DNA from: Ginkgo biloba
Lineage: Eukaryota > Plantae > Ginkgophyta
DNA length: 21,061 nucleotides
Assembly: GCA_024626585.2 (NCBI GenBank)
Contig: JANKJI020000004.1
Location: 177,813,378-177,834,438, forward strand
Direction of reading: 5' to 3'
Part shown: positions 20,307 to 21,061 of the stretch, piece after piece
How the letters are laid out: every line of letters starts with the position of its first letter
Position numbering within the stretch: position 1 is the stretch's first letter
Notes under the pieces: model-generated
What the model was told of the DNA's origin: nothing
Seen by the model: the letters and a program-made list of their open reading frames with translations, nothing else
Databases searched by the model: none
Program-made: the position numbers and the translations under genes

Positions 20307-21061
20307 GTTTCTTTCATAGTGTCTTCTAAAAATGTCTTAGAAACTTATTGTCCCTATCTAACATGATACTTCTAGGCAACGCATGCAACCTGATTATCTC
20401 TTTAAAAAAGAGTTTGGCTATTTTTCTTATGTCGTTGGTCTTTTTGTATGGTATGAAGTGAGCCATCTTTGAAAATTTATAGACGATTAAAAACCTTGAG
20501 TTTTTTCCTCTCTATGTGTTAGGAAAACCTAACATAAATTCCATTGAGATGTCTATCCATGGTGCATCTAACACCGAAAAAGGTTTATATAGTCCGATGT
20601 TCTGCGGTTGTCCTTTGGTGACTTGACATATCCTACAGTGCTCAATAAATTTTTACACCTACCTCCTTAGTCCTAGCAAAAAATAATGGTCTTCTAATAG
20701 TGCAATGGTTTTATACCTACCAAATTGTCCTCCTAGTACACTAATGTGTAATTATTTGATGATATTTTCCCTCATTAAATTATCGGTTATGTAAAACTAT
20801 CAACCTTTGAATAAATAACCATCTTGCATGAAATATTCTGTAAAGAAGTTATTTTTGTCGGATGTCGAATTCTTCAGGTACTCAAAGGATTATAAAAAAT
20901 CCTTATTTTTTGCATACATATCCTTCATTAACTCAAATCCAATGACCTCACTATTCATCGTGGTTAGTTGGGTCATCCTTCAACTCAAGGCATCCACCAC
21001 TTGATATGTTGTAACACAAAGGAATAACATTAAAGAGACTCCACCCATTTTACATATTTGA
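20307..21061 (-). pseudogene. Decayed Ty3/gypsy RNase H end plus integrase (Zn-finger and core), CRM-like chromovirus
   Basis: Manual translation: VVDALS...EYFMQDGYLFKG...LMRENIIK*LH..LGGQFG..KT..HCRICQVTKGQPQNIGLYKPF...PWIDISMEFMLGFP...KFSKMAHFIPYKKTND...LFFKEIIRLHALPRSIMLDRDNKFLRHF*KTL*KK. Missed by the ORF track because of dense stops. Confidence 0.9.

Overview
This window is AT-rich, gap-riddled eukaryotic DNA that reads as a nested transposon graveyard. The retroelement types and the heavy C->T/G->A decay suggest a large-genome land plant, possibly a gymnosperm (inference only). I find no intact host gene, RNA gene or CRISPR array. Well supported: a Ty1/copia 3' end (RNase H, PPT, 3' LTR with a 17-bp tandem array, 1419-2555); a decayed Athila-like Ty3/gypsy pol (RT-RH-INT, minus, 5699-7945); an Ogre/Tat-type tRNA-Arg PBS plus LTR (minus, 15133-15717); a CRM-like chromovirus integrase (minus, 20307-21061); and two diverged copies of one LTR family (ending at 5152 and 20306). 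Less certain: a chromodomain-PPT-LTR end at about 9545-10107. The most interesting signal is invisible in the ORF track: a ~400-codon decayed reading frame of a protein I cannot assign (minus, ~11888-13083). It has a second, ~75% identical inverted copy at 13454-13691, and codon-level divergence between the copies supports the frame. Twelve N-gaps make adjacency across contigs uncertain.
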